Below are positions 38,097-49,520 of a DNA stretch of 64,000 nt, piece by piece. The stretch spans positions 384,001 through 448,000 of the forward strand of contig CAWFXA010000001.1 of the NCBI GenBank assembly GCA_963819655.1, read 5' to 3'. How positions within the stretch are numbered: the stretch's first letter is position 1; the number at the start of each line of letters is the position of its first letter. Made by a program: the position numbers and the translations under genes. Below the pieces are notes generated by a model. The model saw nothing but the letters and a program-made list of their open reading frames with translations. It did no database searches and was not told where the DNA came from. Source of the stretch: an uncultured Chloroflexia bacterium. GTDB lineage: Bacteria > Chloroflexota > Limnocylindria > Limnocylindrales > CSP1-4.

Positions 38097-39623
38097 TCAC
38101 CCGGCGGAGTTGATCTCCCGTTTGCGTCGCGCGACGAACGCATCGAGCGCCTCGGCGATCGACGGATCCAGCGGCGGTGGCACCGCCTCGGCGAGCAGCC
38201 GCTTCCACAGGGTGTTCGCCCGCTCTGTGGCCGTCTTTGAGCCGTCCGCCTGCCACGTCTCGAAGTTTCGCCAGTCTGATACGAGCGGCGTGTAGAACGC
38301 CGTCTCGTACCGCTCCAGCGTGTGCGCGGTCCCGAAGAAATGGCCGCCCGGGCCGGCTTCGGCGATCGCGTCGAAGCCCAGCGAGCCCTCGTCGACGACC
38401 AGCGGCTGCAGCACCTCCGAGATCATCTGGAGGATCTCCGCGTCGATGATCAGCTTCTCGTACGACGCGGTCAGCCCGCCCTCCAGCCAGCCCGCGCCCT
38501 GGTACAGCAGGTTTACGCCGCCCATCACCGCGCCCCACACGGCCATCTCGGCCTCGTAGGCCGCCTGCGCGTCCACGACTGGTGACGCGGTCGCGTTCGA
38601 CGACCGCCACGGCAACCCGTACCGCCGCGCCATCTGCCCGGACGCGAACTGCGCCTTCACCGACTCGGGCGTCCCGAAGGCCGGCGACCCCGTCCGCATG
38701 TCGACGTTCGAGGTGAACGCGCCGTAGATCATCGGTGCGCCCGGTCGGACGATCTGGGCGAGCGCGACCATGAACAGCGCCTCGGCGTTCTGCTGAGCGA
38801 TCGCGCCCGCCAGCGAGATCGGGCTCATCGCTCCGGCCAGCGTGAACGGCGTCGCCACGACCGGCTGGCCGTGGAGCGCCATCTCGATCAGCCCGTCGCT
38901 CATCGGCCCGTCGAGGCGAAGCGGGGAATTGGTGTTGATGATCGTGATCAGCGCCGGATCGCGCGCCAGATCGTCACGCGACACGCCCCGCAGAAGACAC
39001 GCGACTTCCAGGGCGTCGTCGACGACGACGCGTCCGGTCCCCAGGCAATGCCACGTCTTGTCCAGCTCGGTCGCGAAGATCTGGTACTGGTCGAGGTGCC
39101 GCGTCTCGATCGGCAGGTCGGTCGGCTCGAGCGGTCCACCGCCTTCCTGGTGGATGACATCGAGCGCGCCGATCAGTCGGACGTAATCGCGGAAGTCGGC
39201 GATATTCCCCGGCCGCCGGCCGCGATCCAGGTCGCTCACGAACGCCGGCCCGCCGACCGCGCAGAACACCAGGTTGGTCCCGCCGAACACCACGTCCCGC
39301 TCCGCGTTCCGGGCGTGCAACCGGAACTCTCTGGGGGCAAGCGCGACGAGCTCCTCGACCTGCCCCGGCTCCAGCCGCACGTTCCGCGAGCCGCGGTCCA
39401 CAGAAGCGCCCGCCCCCGCGAGCGCATCCAGCGCCCGATCCCCCAGCACCTGCATCCCGATCTCGGACAGGATCCGGAGCGACGCCCGGTGGATCGTCTC
39501 GACCCCCTCCTCGGTCAGGATCTCGACCGGTCGATACGGGTTGACGAGACGGCGCCACGGGATCTGCCGGATGACGCCCGACTCGCGCCGTCGGCGGCGG
39601 TGCACCGCCTCGTGTTCGCTCAC
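38097..39623 (-). CDS. Trimethylamine methyltransferase (MttB) family protein, non-pyrrolysine
   Basis: IHRASLRILSEIG, INTNSPLRLD, TPFTLAGAMSP, NVDMRTGSPAFGTPE, DAQAAYE, GWLEGGLTASYEK, GPGGHF; no amber codon. Confidence 0.93.
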   Translation of the reverse strand: MSEHEAVHRRRRRESGVIRQIPWRRLVNPYRPVEILTEEGVETIHRASLRILSEIGMQVLGDRALDALAGAGASVDRGSRNVRLEPGQVEELVALAPREFRLHARNAERDVVFGGTNLVFCAVGGPAFVSDLDRGRRPGNIADFRDYVRLIGALDVIHQEGGGPLEPTDLPIETRHLDQYQIFATELDKTWHCLGTGRVVVDDALEVACLLRGVSRDDLARDPALITIINTNSPLRLDGPMSDGLIEMALHGQPVVATPFTLAGAMSPISLAGAIAQQNAEALFMVALAQIVRPGAPMIYGAFTSNVDMRTGSPAFGTPESVKAQFASGQMARRYGLPWRSSNATASPVVDAQAAYEAEMAVWGAVMGGVNLLYQGAGWLEGGLTASYEKLIIDAEILQMISEVLQPLVVDEGSLGFDAIAEAGPGGHFFGTAHTLERYETAFYTPLVSDWRNFETWQADGSKTATERANTLWKRLLAEAVPPPLDPSIAEALDAFVARRKREINSAG

Positions 39624-39739
39624 GCACCAGATGCTACGGCCGGCCATCCCGATTCTCAGACCGGTCTCAGCCGGCGCCTCTTCGATACGGGCGACCACGG
39701 CGGATCGACCGCCGAGTGTTCGGAGGGTAGGCGCAACAC

Positions 39740-40924
39740 ATGCGACTCAAGATCCTCGCGCTGGCGGTTCTCGTCACCGTGGGCGTCGCAGCCCTCGGGG
39801 TGAGCGTCGGCGGCCTCGGTGCGGGTACCACGACCGCGACCGAATACCTGACGTCCGACGCGGCACTCGGCGATGTGACCGACGAGGTGGCCGCCACCGG
39901 GAGCCTCGCCTCCGCGACGTCGTACGGGCTCGCGTTCGGCTCGGACCCGTGGCAGGTCGTCGATGGCGAGGACGCGCCCGCGTCCGAAACGGCCTGGCCG
40001 GTCATCGATGTCTCGGTCAAGCCGGGCGATACGGTCACGGCCGGTCAGGCACTCGCCACGGCCGACACCACCGAGATCAAGCGCGCCCACGACCGTGCGA
40101 CGAACGACCTCCGGACCGCGAACATGCAACGGACGCTCGCGAACGAGCAGCTGGCGGACGCCCGCGATGCGGATGACCGGAACGCGGAACGCCAGGCGCT
40201 GCTCCAGGTGTATGCGACGCGGAACCAGGTCTCCAAGGCCACCGAGGATCGGCAGGCCTTGCAGGCGCAGCTGAACGCCGCGACCCTCAAGGCGCCGATC
40301 GACGGCATCGTGACCGAAGTCAACATCGCACCCGGGTTCGATGCGCCGGCCGGCGCGGCCATCGTGGTCGCATCGCGAACGCTGACCGTCACGACCGACG
40401 TCGTCGAGAGCGACCTCGTCGATGTCGAGGTCGGCCAGGCCGCAACGGTCACGATCGATGCGATCGGCGCCACGCTGGACGGCATTGTCACCGCCATCTC
40501 ACCCACAGCCGGCGATGGGTCCTCGGGTGTCGTGTCCTATCCCGTCACGGTCACGATCGCGGAAACACCCGCCGACGCGCGGCCCGGGATGAGCGCGGAC
40601 ATCGCGATCACGATCGCCTCGGCGACGAACGTCGTGACCGTCCCCAGCGCCGCTCTCGAGGGCACGACCGGGGACTACGCCGTCATGACGCTCGACGCGG
40701 GGGGCAACCCGCAGCGGGTGCCCGTCGAGGTCGGCCTCCTCACGAACTCGACCGCCGAGATCAAGAGCGGTCTCGAGGCCGGCACGCCCGTGGTCATCGG
40801 CACGACCGCCGACCTCGTCGGCACGAACGACAACGGCGGGTTCGGCGGTGGCGGCGCGCTACCCGGTGGCGTGGTCCGTCGCATCGACGACGGCGGACCC
40901 CCGATCGAAAAGCCGATCAACTAG
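39740..40924 (+). CDS. Efflux periplasmic adaptor subunit (MacA/HlyD-like)
   Basis: [11 protein letters not shown] lipoyl-like motif, helical hairpin, [27 protein letters not shown]. Confidence 0.88.
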   Translation: MRLKILALAVLVTVGVAALGVSVGGLGAGTTTATEYLTSDAALGDVTDEVAATGSLASATSYGLAFGSDPWQVVDGEDAPASETAWPVIDVSVKPGDTVTAGQALATADTTEIKRAHDRATNDLRTANMQRTLANEQLADARDADDRNAERQALLQVYATRNQVSKATEDRQALQAQLNAATLKAPIDGIVTEVNIAPGFDAPAGAAIVVASRTLTVTTDVVESDLVDVEVGQAATVTIDAIGATLDGIVTAISPTAGDGSSGVVSYPVTVTIAETPADARPGMSADIAITIASATNVVTVPSAALEGTTGDYAVMTLDAGGNPQRVPVEVGLLTNSTAEIKSGLEAGTPVVIGTTADLVGTNDNGGFGGGGALPGGVVRRIDDGGPPIEKPIN

Positions 40925-40934
40925 GGATCCGACG

Positions 40935-41605
<671 letters not shown>

Positions 41606-41609
<4 letters not shown>

Positions 41610-42797
41610 GCCTCTTCGAGCTTCTGCGCCTCGCCCTGTCGCGACTCCGCGACCAACCGGCTGCGGGCAGCGCTCACGATGCTCGGCGTCATCATCGGCG
41701 TCGGCTCGGTCGTCGCCCTGGTCGGCGTGGGCCAGGGCACGACGTCCAACATCACGACGGCGCTGGCCAGCCTCGGCACGAACCTGCTCACGATCAGCCC
41801 GACGGAACAGGCTTCCGACGGCTCGACGAGCCTGACGATCGAGGATGCTGCGGCGATCGCCGACGAGCCCGGCGTTGCGGGCGTCGCCCCGGAGGTCTCG
41901 ACCGGCCAGGACGTGACGGCCGGTGAGGAGTCCACGAACACGACGATCATCGGCACGACTGCCGACTACGTGAGGGTGCGGGCGCACACGATCTGGCAAG
42001 GCACGGGGCTGACCGACGTCAGCGTCGAGCGCGAGCTGCGCGTCGCGGTGCTTGGCAAGTCGACCGCCGACGATCTCGGCCTGGGCGCGGACGCGGTCGG
42101 TTCCGAGATCAGCATCGGCGGCATCGGGTTCACCGTCATCGGCATCCTCCAGCCGAAGGGCGGCAGCGGCTTCGAGGACCCGGACGACCTGATTCTCGTG
42201 CCGGTCGCGACCGTGCAGAAGTACTTCCTCGGCGGCGACAGCGTGCGCAGCATCGGCGTCAGCGTCGCGACCGCGGCGGAGATGGACGCGACCAACGCCC
42301 GGATCACCGCGCTCCTGCGTGAGCGCCACGACCTCGCCGCTACGGATGACGACGACTTCGCGATCTTCGATCAGACGCAGTTGCTGGAAGCCGCGTCGTC
42401 GATCAGCGGGACGCTGACGCTGCTGCTTGGCGGCATCGCGTCGATCTCGCTGGTCGTCGGCGGCATCGGGATCATGAACATCATGCTCGTGTCGGTCCGG
42501 GAACGGACCCGCGAGATCGGCATCCGCAAGGCGATCGGCGCGAGGGCGCTCGACATCCTCGCTCAGTTCCTCGTCGAGGCGCTGACCCTGTCGCTCCTCG
42601 GCGGCCTGCTCGGGGTCGCCCTCGGTCTGGTGGTCTCGGCGCTCATCGCCCAGGTCGCCGGGTGGTCGTTCGCCTTCAACCCCACGACGTTGATCGCCGC
42701 CGTGATGTCGAGCCTGCTCGTCGGGGTCGTGTTCGGCGTGTGGCCGGCGCGTCAGGCGGCCCGGCTCGACCCGATCACGGCCCTTCGCTACGAGTAA
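41606..42797 (+). CDS. ABC transporter permease (MacB/FtsX type), one-base frameshift near 41647
   Basis: [14 protein letters not shown] continues as [17 protein letters not shown] after removing one C; [28 protein letters not shown]; [17 protein letters not shown]. Confidence 0.88.
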
Positions 42798-42809
42798 GGA
42801 GAGACCTCG

Positions 42810-43343
42810 ATGACGATGGAACCCGCTCCGGTCGGAACCGCTCCGGTCGAACCCGCCAACCCGGTTGCGATCCGGACCCGCCGATCGAACCGGTTGCTCG
42901 ACGTCGCACTGGCCCTCGCCGCCGTCCTCGCGATCGGCGCCGTGGCGTTCGCGGCCGGCCGGATGACCGCTCCGGCCAGCGCACTGCCGCCATTCGCACG
43001 CGGCGGGCTCGCCCCGGGTGGGGCGATCGTCGCGCCCGACGGCAGCTTCGACCCGAACGGGCCGAAGCCCGGTGGCCTGGCATCGAACGGCGGTCTCGCC
43101 ATCGACGGGACCGTCACGGCGGTCGACGCCGACAGCATCACGCTGAAGCTCGCCGACGGACAGGAGATGACGTTCAAGCTCGATGACGCGACCACGTACC
43201 ACGAAGCCGCGGACGCCTCGTCGTCGGACGTGGCCGTCGGTGACGACGTCTCGGTGAAGGTCACCGGTGGCCGCATCGTTTCGGGCGACGCTGGCGGCGA
43301 GACACCGGACATGTCGGCCCGCGATGTGACGGTCTCGCGATGA
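42810..43343 (+). CDS. Membrane-anchored protein with DUF5666-like OB domain
   Basis: AAGGAG SD, one TM helix, GTVTAVDADSITLK..VAVGDDVSV. Confidence 0.7.
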   Translation: MTMEPAPVGTAPVEPANPVAIRTRRSNRLLDVALALAAVLAIGAVAFAAGRMTAPASALPPFARGGLAPGGAIVAPDGSFDPNGPKPGGLASNGGLAIDGTVTAVDADSITLKLADGQEMTFKLDDATTYHEAADASSSDVAVGDDVSVKVTGGRIVSGDAGGETPDMSARDVTVSR

Positions 43344-43370
43344 CCCGGCACCACCGCTAGGCTGACCGAC

Positions 43371-44048
43371 ATGCACCTGCTCGTCGTCGAGGACGACCCT
43401 CGCCTGTCGCGGCTCCTCAAGCGTCTGCTCGAGGACGACCGTCATGTCGTCGAGCTCGCGACGGACGGCCGATCGGGGCTCGAGATCGCCGAGGACGCGC
43501 CCGGGATCGAGTGCGTGATCCTCGACATCGGCCTGCCCGATATCAGCGGGCTGGAGGTCGCGCGACGTCTCCGGGCTGCCGGCTCCGAGCTCCCGATCCT
43601 CATGCTCACGGCACGCGACACCGTCGGCGATCGGGTGACCGGCCTCGACGCGGGCGCCGACGACTACCTCGTCAAGCCGTTTGCGTTCGAGGAGCTCTCG
43701 GCTCGGCTGCGGGCCCTCGCCCGCCGGGGTGCGCCACCCGGACGCCGGACGAAGCCGACCCTAGTCGCAGGGCCGATCGCCTTGGATGAGACCGCCCGAC
43801 GCGTGACGGTCGACGGTTCGACCGTCGACCTGAGCCCGCGCGAGTTCTCGCTGCTCGAATGCCTCCTCCGGCATGCCGGCCAGACCCTGTCGCGCGACCA
43901 GCTGCTCGATCAGGCCTGGCCGTTCGGCGTCGCCGTGACCCCGAACGCGGTCGACGCGTACATCCACTACCTGCGCGACAAGCTCGGCTCGGCCGGCCGC
44001 TACATCGAGACGGTGCGAGGTGTCGGCTACCGACTCGCCGATGCCTGA
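43371..44048 (+). CDS. OmpR-family response regulator
   Basis: LVVEDD, ILDIGLP, GLDAGADDYLVKPF, LSPREFSLL, ETVRGVGY. Confidence 0.95.
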   Translation: MHLLVVEDDPRLSRLLKRLLEDDRHVVELATDGRSGLEIAEDAPGIECVILDIGLPDISGLEVARRLRAAGSELPILMLTARDTVGDRVTGLDAGADDYLVKPFAFEELSARLRALARRGAPPGRRTKPTLVAGPIALDETARRVTVDGSTVDLSPREFSLLECLLRHAGQTLSRDQLLDQAWPFGVAVTPNAVDAYIHYLRDKLGSAGRYIETVRGVGYRLADA

Positions 44049-45390
44049 GGGCGTGACGGCGGAGGAAGCGCGGCTCCTTCGCCGGGTCCGGATCCAGCTG
44101 GTGCTGTGGAGCGGCGGCATCACGCTCGCGCTGCTGGTCGTGCTCGGGATCGTTCTGTACATCGCGGTCGACCGCTCGCTGTCGAGCTCGGGGACTGCCG
44201 AGTTGATCGGCCAGGCGAACTCGATCACCGGACGGCCGCCGGGCCCGAACGACGAGCTGCCGACCGGTGGGTTCATCTTCGGTGGGCCCGGGTCCGGGAC
44301 GTTGACGTTGGTCCTCGACGACCTGGGCGTGCCGATCAGGCAGGGTCCGCTCGTCCCGGAAGGCCTGCCCGTCATGGCCTCCGTCGACGCGGCGCGTGCG
44401 ACCGGGAAGCGGGACATCCGGGACGCGACGGTCCCGATCAAGGTGCGGGACGTCACGCCTGCGGCGGTCCGCGCAACGGTGACCGATACGCCGGTCCGGG
44501 TGCTGACCGATCCGGTCACGTTCCGTGGCCGGCAGCTGTTCATCCAGATCGTCGGCGACCGGACGACCGAGGAGCGGACCCTGCAGATCCTCGTGCTGGT
44601 CCTCGTCGTCGGCGGTGGCATTGCGTTGCTCGTCGCGTCCGGCGTTGGGGCGGCCTACGCGAACCGCGCCCTCGTGCCGATCCGCCAGTCCCTCGTGAAC
44701 CAGCGCGAGGCGTTGCGCCGGCAGCGCGAGTTCGCCGCGGACGCATCGCACGAGCTGCGCACGCCCCTGACCGTAATCCGGGCGAGCGTCGATGACCTCG
44801 AGCGACACCCGAAGCGATCTGTGGCCACGGTCGGGAACGCGCTGACCGACATCCGTGACGAGGTCGACCACCTCACGTCGATGGTCGACGACCTGCTTCT
44901 GCTGGCGCGGTCGGATTCGGGCGCCGTAGAACTGGAGAGGGTGCCACTCGACGTGGGGGACATCGCCTCGACGGGGGCGTCCGCCCTGACGCGGCTGGCC
45001 GAGGAACGACAGGTCAGTCTGGTCGTCGACCCGGTCCCGGCCGAGATAACCGGCGACCCGGCCAGGTTGCGGCAGCTCGTCGCGATCCTGGTCGACAACG
45101 CGATCCGCCATGCGCCGGGTGGCAGCCGGGTCGACGTGCGCGTTCGGACCGACGGCGGTGATGCGGTCGTCGTCGTCGAGGACGAGGGCCCGGGCATCCG
45201 GGCCGAGGACCTGCCACGGGTCTTCGACCGGTTCTATCGCGGCGCCGGCGCGCCCGGTGGCGGGACGGGGCTCGGGTTGGCGATCGCGGCCTGGATCGTG
45301 GAGCGGCACGGTGGCCGGATCGCGGCCGCGAACCGGGACGGCGGCGGGGCCCGCTTCACGGTGCGTCTGCCGCTTGTCAGGACGGAGTGA
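44041..45390 (+). CDS. Membrane sensor histidine kinase (HisKA)
   Basis: Two TM helices, DASHELRTPL, LVDNAIRH, EDEGPGI, FDRFYRG, GTGLGLAIA. Confidence 0.95.
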   Translation: MPEGVTAEEARLLRRVRIQLVLWSGGITLALLVVLGIVLYIAVDRSLSSSGTAELIGQANSITGRPPGPNDELPTGGFIFGGPGSGTLTLVLDDLGVPIRQGPLVPEGLPVMASVDAARATGKRDIRDATVPIKVRDVTPAAVRATVTDTPVRVLTDPVTFRGRQLFIQIVGDRTTEERTLQILVLVLVVGGGIALLVASGVGAAYANRALVPIRQSLVNQREALRRQREFAADASHELRTPLTVIRASVDDLERHPKRSVATVGNALTDIRDEVDHLTSMVDDLLLLARSDSGAVELERVPLDVGDIASTGASALTRLAEERQVSLVVDPVPAEITGDPARLRQLVAILVDNAIRHAPGGSRVDVRVRTDGGDAVVVVEDEGPGIRAEDLPRVFDRFYRGAGAPGGGTGLGLAIAAWIVERHGGRIAAANRDGGGARFTVRLPLVRTE

Positions 45391-45440
45391 CGGCGCGCGA
45401 CGGGACGCCGTGACCCCGCCGACCAGCGGCTGATCGTTCT

Positions 45441-45598
45441 CCGCCAGATACCCGTGGACGGAGTCTTCGGCGCCGAATCCGACGACCGATCTCGCTCAGT
45501 GGCCGAAGCACCCGTACGGGAGCGCACCTCCGAGCCCATCAGCCGGCCGAATCGCGTCTGGTTGGCCGCCTAAGACTCCTGGGGCGAGTATCTGGCGG
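45441..45598. repeat. REP/MITE-like element, copy 2
   Basis: Left CCGCCAGATACCCGTGGACGGAGTCTTCGGCG, right CGCCTAAGACTCCTGGGGCGAGTATCTGGCGG; same family as 30686-30854. Confidence 0.75.
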
Positions 45599-45649
45599 CC
45601 ATACATGATCGGCCGCTTCGAGGGCCTACCTTCTCGCTAGTCTTGCTGC

Positions 45650-47634
45650 ATGGCGAATAGTCGAGGACCGTGGCCGATCTTCGGGCACGACGCCGCTGAC
45701 GTCGCGTGGCGGCCCGATCCGGCTGCGGCGGTCGAGGCGCGACTGGCGCGGTTCCTGGCGCTCGACCGGGGAGCCGTCACTCGACGGCGCTCCAGGCTCG
45801 AGCGGTCGCGGATCCGGCCTGGTTCTGGGGCGCGGCCTCGGACGACATCGCCATCCCGTGGACGCGGCGGCCCCGCGAGGTCGCGGACTTGTCCGGTGGG
45901 CCGGCCTGGACGCGTTGGTGGGTCGGCGGGTCGTTCGATTGGTCGTGGGCCGCCGTCGAGCCGCGTGCAGCACGCGATCCGGACGGCATCGCCATCACTT
46001 GGGAAGGCGAGGACGGCTCGGTCCGGTCGATGACCAGCACCGAGCTGGCAGGCGCCGTCCGCGCCGCCGCCGGGCAGTTCGCCGACCTGGGCGTGGGCGC
46101 CGGCGACCGCGTCGGGATCCTTCTCCCGATGCTGCCCGAGACCGTCATCGCCGTGTTGGCTGTGAGCCGGCTCGGGGCGATCTTCACGCCGATCTTCTCG
46201 GGCTACGCGGCCCCGGCCATCGCCTCGCGCCTTGCCGACTGCGGCGCAAAGATGCTTATCACCGCCGACGGCTTCCTGCGCCGCGGCTCATGGGTCGACC
46301 TGAAGTCGGTCGCGGACGCGGCAGTCGCGGGGGTGCCCTCGGTCGAGCGCGTCCTCGTCGTTCGCCGCGCGGGCGACGTGCTGTCGATCCCGTGGCGGGA
46401 GCCGAGGGACGTGTGGTGGGCGTCAGATAGGCCCGGCGTACCGGGATCGCCGCCGGAGCGCGACCCCGAGACGCCCTACATGATCATCTACACGTCCGGC
46501 ACGACCGGTCGGCCGAAGGGCGCCGTCCACGTCCACGGCGGCTTCCCGATCAAGGCCGCTCAGGACCTCGCTCACACGTTCGACCTGACCGAGCGCGACG
46601 CGCTGTTCTGGTTCACCGACCTCGGCTGGATGATGGGGCCCTGGGCGATCGCCGGCGCGCTCCTGCTCGGCGCCCGCCTCGTTCTCTACGAAGGGGCGCC
46701 GGACTTCCCGGGCCCCGACCGGCTGTGGGAGATCGTCGCCCGACACAAGGTCACCCACCTTGGCCTGTCGCCGACCGTCATCCGCGCCTTGATGGCGCAC
46801 GGCGAGGAGCCCGTTCGCGCGCATGACCGGTCTTCGCTCCGCATCCTTGGCTCGACCGGGGAGCCGTGGAACCCGGAGCCGTGGTGGTGGTTCTTCCGCG
46901 AAGTCGGCGAGGGCCGCTGCCCGATCGTCAACTACAGCGGCGGCACAGAGGTCAGTGGCGGGATCGTCGGCGGCAATGTGGTCGGGCCGATCAAGCCCAC
47001 GAGCTTCTCGGGCCCGTGCATCGGGACGGCCGCCGACGTCGTCGATGACGCGGGCGCGCCGGTGCGCGGCCGGGTCGGCGAGCTCGTCATCCGCGCACCG
47101 ATGCCGGGGATGACCCGCGGCTTCTGGGGCGACCGCGAGCGATACGAAGAGGCCTACTGGTCGCGCTGGCCCGGGCTGTGGGCGCATGGCGACTGGGCGT
47201 CGATCGATGCCGACGGCTTCTGGTACATCCATGGTCGCTCGGACGACACGCTCAAGGTCGCCGGCAAGCGGGTCGGCCCGGCCGAGGTCGAGAGTGCGGC
47301 CGTCGGGCATCCGTCGGTGCTCGAGGCGGCCGCGATCGGTGTCCCGCACGCGATCAAGGGCGAGGCGATCGTCGTGCTGTGCGTGCTCCGCCCGGGCGAG
47401 ACCGACGACGATGCGCTGCGCGGCGCGATCTCGAAGGCCGTGACCGACAACCTGGGCAAGCCGCTCAAACCCGAGGTGGTGGCCGTTGTCCGGTCCCTCC
47501 CCAAGACGCGGTCGGGCAAGGTCATGCGCCGGGTCATCCGAGCCGCCTGGCTCGGCCTCGATCCCGGCGACCTGTCAGCGCTCGACGACCCGGCCTCGGT
47601 CGAGGCCATCCGGGCCGTATCCTTGGGTCGATGA
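45650..47634 (+). CDS. Acetate/acyl-CoA ligase (AMP-forming), two one-base insertions near the 5' end
   Basis: IYTSGTTGRPKG, TDLGWMMG, STGEPWN, YSGGTE, GRSDDTLKVAGKR, PKTRSGKVMRR; removing extra Gs near 45757 and 45786 joins ATG 45650 to the main ORF. Confidence 0.9.
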
Positions 47635-48104
47635 CCCAGATCGCGGCCCCGCAACGCGACATCGTCAGCTGGGACGACCTCGACCGGCTGGTCGGGGTGG
47701 TCGCGGAACGCCTCGCCGGCCGGCAGTTCGACGTGATGCTGGCGATCACGCGTGGCGGCATGGTGCCGGCCGGGATGCTGGCGTATCGACTCCGGCTGCG
47801 CGACATCCTCGTCGCCGCCGTCGAGTACTACGACGACAGCGGCCAGCCCGGTCCGCGGCCGACCTTCTTCCAGTTCCCGGCCGACCCGCTATTGCGCGGC
47901 AAGCGCGTGCTGATCGTCGACGAGGTGTGGGACAGCGGCACGACGATCCACGCCGTCACGGAGCGCGTCCGTCAGGCCGGTGGCTCGCCGGTCACCGCCG
48001 TCCTCCATTACAAGCCGGAGCATTCCGTCGTCCCCGCCGGCCCCGACGTCTACGCGGTCGAGACCGACCGCTGGGTCGTTTATCCGTTCAAGGCCGGCCT
48101 GTAG
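47631..48104 (+). CDS. Type I phosphoribosyltransferase (xanthine/guanine PRT-like)
   Basis: AITRGGMVPAG, VLIVDEVWDSGTT PRPP motif, WVVYPF; ATGA overlap with the ligase. Confidence 0.88.
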   Translation: MTQIAAPQRDIVSWDDLDRLVGVVAERLAGRQFDVMLAITRGGMVPAGMLAYRLRLRDILVAAVEYYDDSGQPGPRPTFFQFPADPLLRGKRVLIVDEVWDSGTTIHAVTERVRQAGGSPVTAVLHYKPEHSVVPAGPDVYAVETDRWVVYPFKAGL

Positions 48105-48131
48105 GCCGGATCGTTCCCCCGGAGGACCGTG

Positions 48132-49217
48132 ATGACCGATGTCCAGCTCCTTGTCGGCACGCCGAAAGGTGCCTTCATCCTCGACAGCGATCAGGACCGC
48201 CGCGACTGGGCGGTGCGTGGGCCGCTGTGCGAGGGCTGGCCGATCCACGACCTGATCATCGAGCCGTCGAGCGGCGCGATCCTGGCCGCGGGCGGGAGCC
48301 CCTGGTACGGCCCGGCCGTGTGGCGGAGCGAGGACGGCGGGACCACGTGGACGCACTCGTCCGAGGGGCTGACCTACGGCGAGGGTGAGGGCGTCGAGCC
48401 GATCGCCACCGTCTGGAGCCTGGCGACTGGGCCGGACGGGACGCTGTTCGCCGGCGTCGAACCGGCCGGTCTCTTCCGGAGCTCGGATGGCGGCGCGACC
48501 TGGTCCCACGTCGAAGGGCTCACGAACCATCCGACGCGCTCGACCTGGGGGCCTGGCGCCGGCGGGCTGATCCTCCACACGATCGTCCCTCACCCGACGG
48601 ACCCGCAGCGGACATGGGTCGGGATCTCGGCGGTGGGCGTGTTCGAGACGCGCGACGGCGGGGCGTCGTGGGAGCCGCGGAACAAGGGCGTTCGCGCCGA
48701 TTTCAACCCGGGACCCGAACCGGAGACCGGTCAGTGCGTCCACAAGCTCGCGATGGCGGCCGGTGAGCCCGAGACCCTCTATCAGCAGAACCACTGCGGC
48801 CAGTACCGCTCGACCGACGGCGGCCTGACCTGGACCGACCTCTCCGCGAACGGCGTGTCCAGCCAGTTCGGCTTCCCGCTCGTGACCCATCCGCGCGACC
48901 CGAAGACCTTCTGGGTCATCCCGTTGACCCAGCCGGAGGAGGGTCGCTACATGCCCGATGCGAGTGCAGCGGTGTGGCGGACGACCGACCGCGGCGACAC
49001 ATGGACGCGCGGAGGATCCGGGCTGCCGCAGGAAGACGCCTACCTCGGCGTGCTGCGCGAGGCGATGGCGCGCGACACGCTCGATCCGGTCGGCGTGACG
49101 TTCGGCACCAAGACCGGCCAGCTCTGGCACAGCGCCGACGAGGGGGACTCGTGGCGGCTCGTCACGGCCAACCTGCCCGAGATCTGGGCGGTCGAGGCGG
49201 TCGTCCGCGAGCACTGA
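48132..49217 (+). CDS. BNR/Asp-box beta-propeller protein (sialidase / glycosyl hydrolase-like)
   Basis: Repeated Asp-boxes RSEDGGTTW, RSSDGGATW, TRDGGASW, RSTDGGLTW, TTDRGDTW, SADEGDSW; YQQNHCG motif; no signal peptide. Confidence 0.85.
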   Translation: MTDVQLLVGTPKGAFILDSDQDRRDWAVRGPLCEGWPIHDLIIEPSSGAILAAGGSPWYGPAVWRSEDGGTTWTHSSEGLTYGEGEGVEPIATVWSLATGPDGTLFAGVEPAGLFRSSDGGATWSHVEGLTNHPTRSTWGPGAGGLILHTIVPHPTDPQRTWVGISAVGVFETRDGGASWEPRNKGVRADFNPGPEPETGQCVHKLAMAAGEPETLYQQNHCGQYRSTDGGLTWTDLSANGVSSQFGFPLVTHPRDPKTFWVIPLTQPEEGRYMPDASAAVWRTTDRGDTWTRGGSGLPQEDAYLGVLREAMARDTLDPVGVTFGTKTGQLWHSADEGDSWRLVTANLPEIWAVEAVVREH

Positions 49218-49221
49218 GGCG

Positions 49222-49485
49222 ATGGCGACCGTCCTGCTGCCGAGGTCGCTGCTCACGCTGTTCCCCGGCGTCGAACGACGCCACGTGCTGGCCGGCGAGA
49301 CCGTGGATGCGCTGATCGCGGCGCTCGATACGCAGGCGCCCGGCATGCGCGACCGGCTGGTCGAGCCAGGACCGCGGTTGCGGCCCCACATCAATGTGTT
49401 CGTCGACGGCCAGATGGCCGATCTCGCGACGCCGGTCGGCGCCGCGGCCACGGTGCATGTCATCCCGGCGGTGTCGGGCGGCTAA
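49222..49485 (+). CDS. MoaD/ThiS-family ubiquitin-like protein
   Basis: 87 aa, RPHINVFVDG, C-terminal IPAVSGG. Confidence 0.92.
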   Translation: MATVLLPRSLLTLFPGVERRHVLAGETVDALIAALDTQAPGMRDRLVEPGPRLRPHINVFVDGQMADLATPVGAAATVHVIPAVSGG

Positions 49486-49520
49486 CGGGGCGTTTGGCAG
49501 CCCGTCCCGTCTCGCGGCCC

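Noticed and set aside
28446-39623. Pyrrolysine-containing methyltransferases
   Set aside because: Both MttB-family ORFs are uninterrupted with no in-frame TAG, and no pyl genes are in the window.
41640-41655. Programmed ribosomal frameshift in the ABC permease
   Set aside because: No slippery heptamer or stimulatory structure, and the same kind of indel occurs in several unrelated genes.
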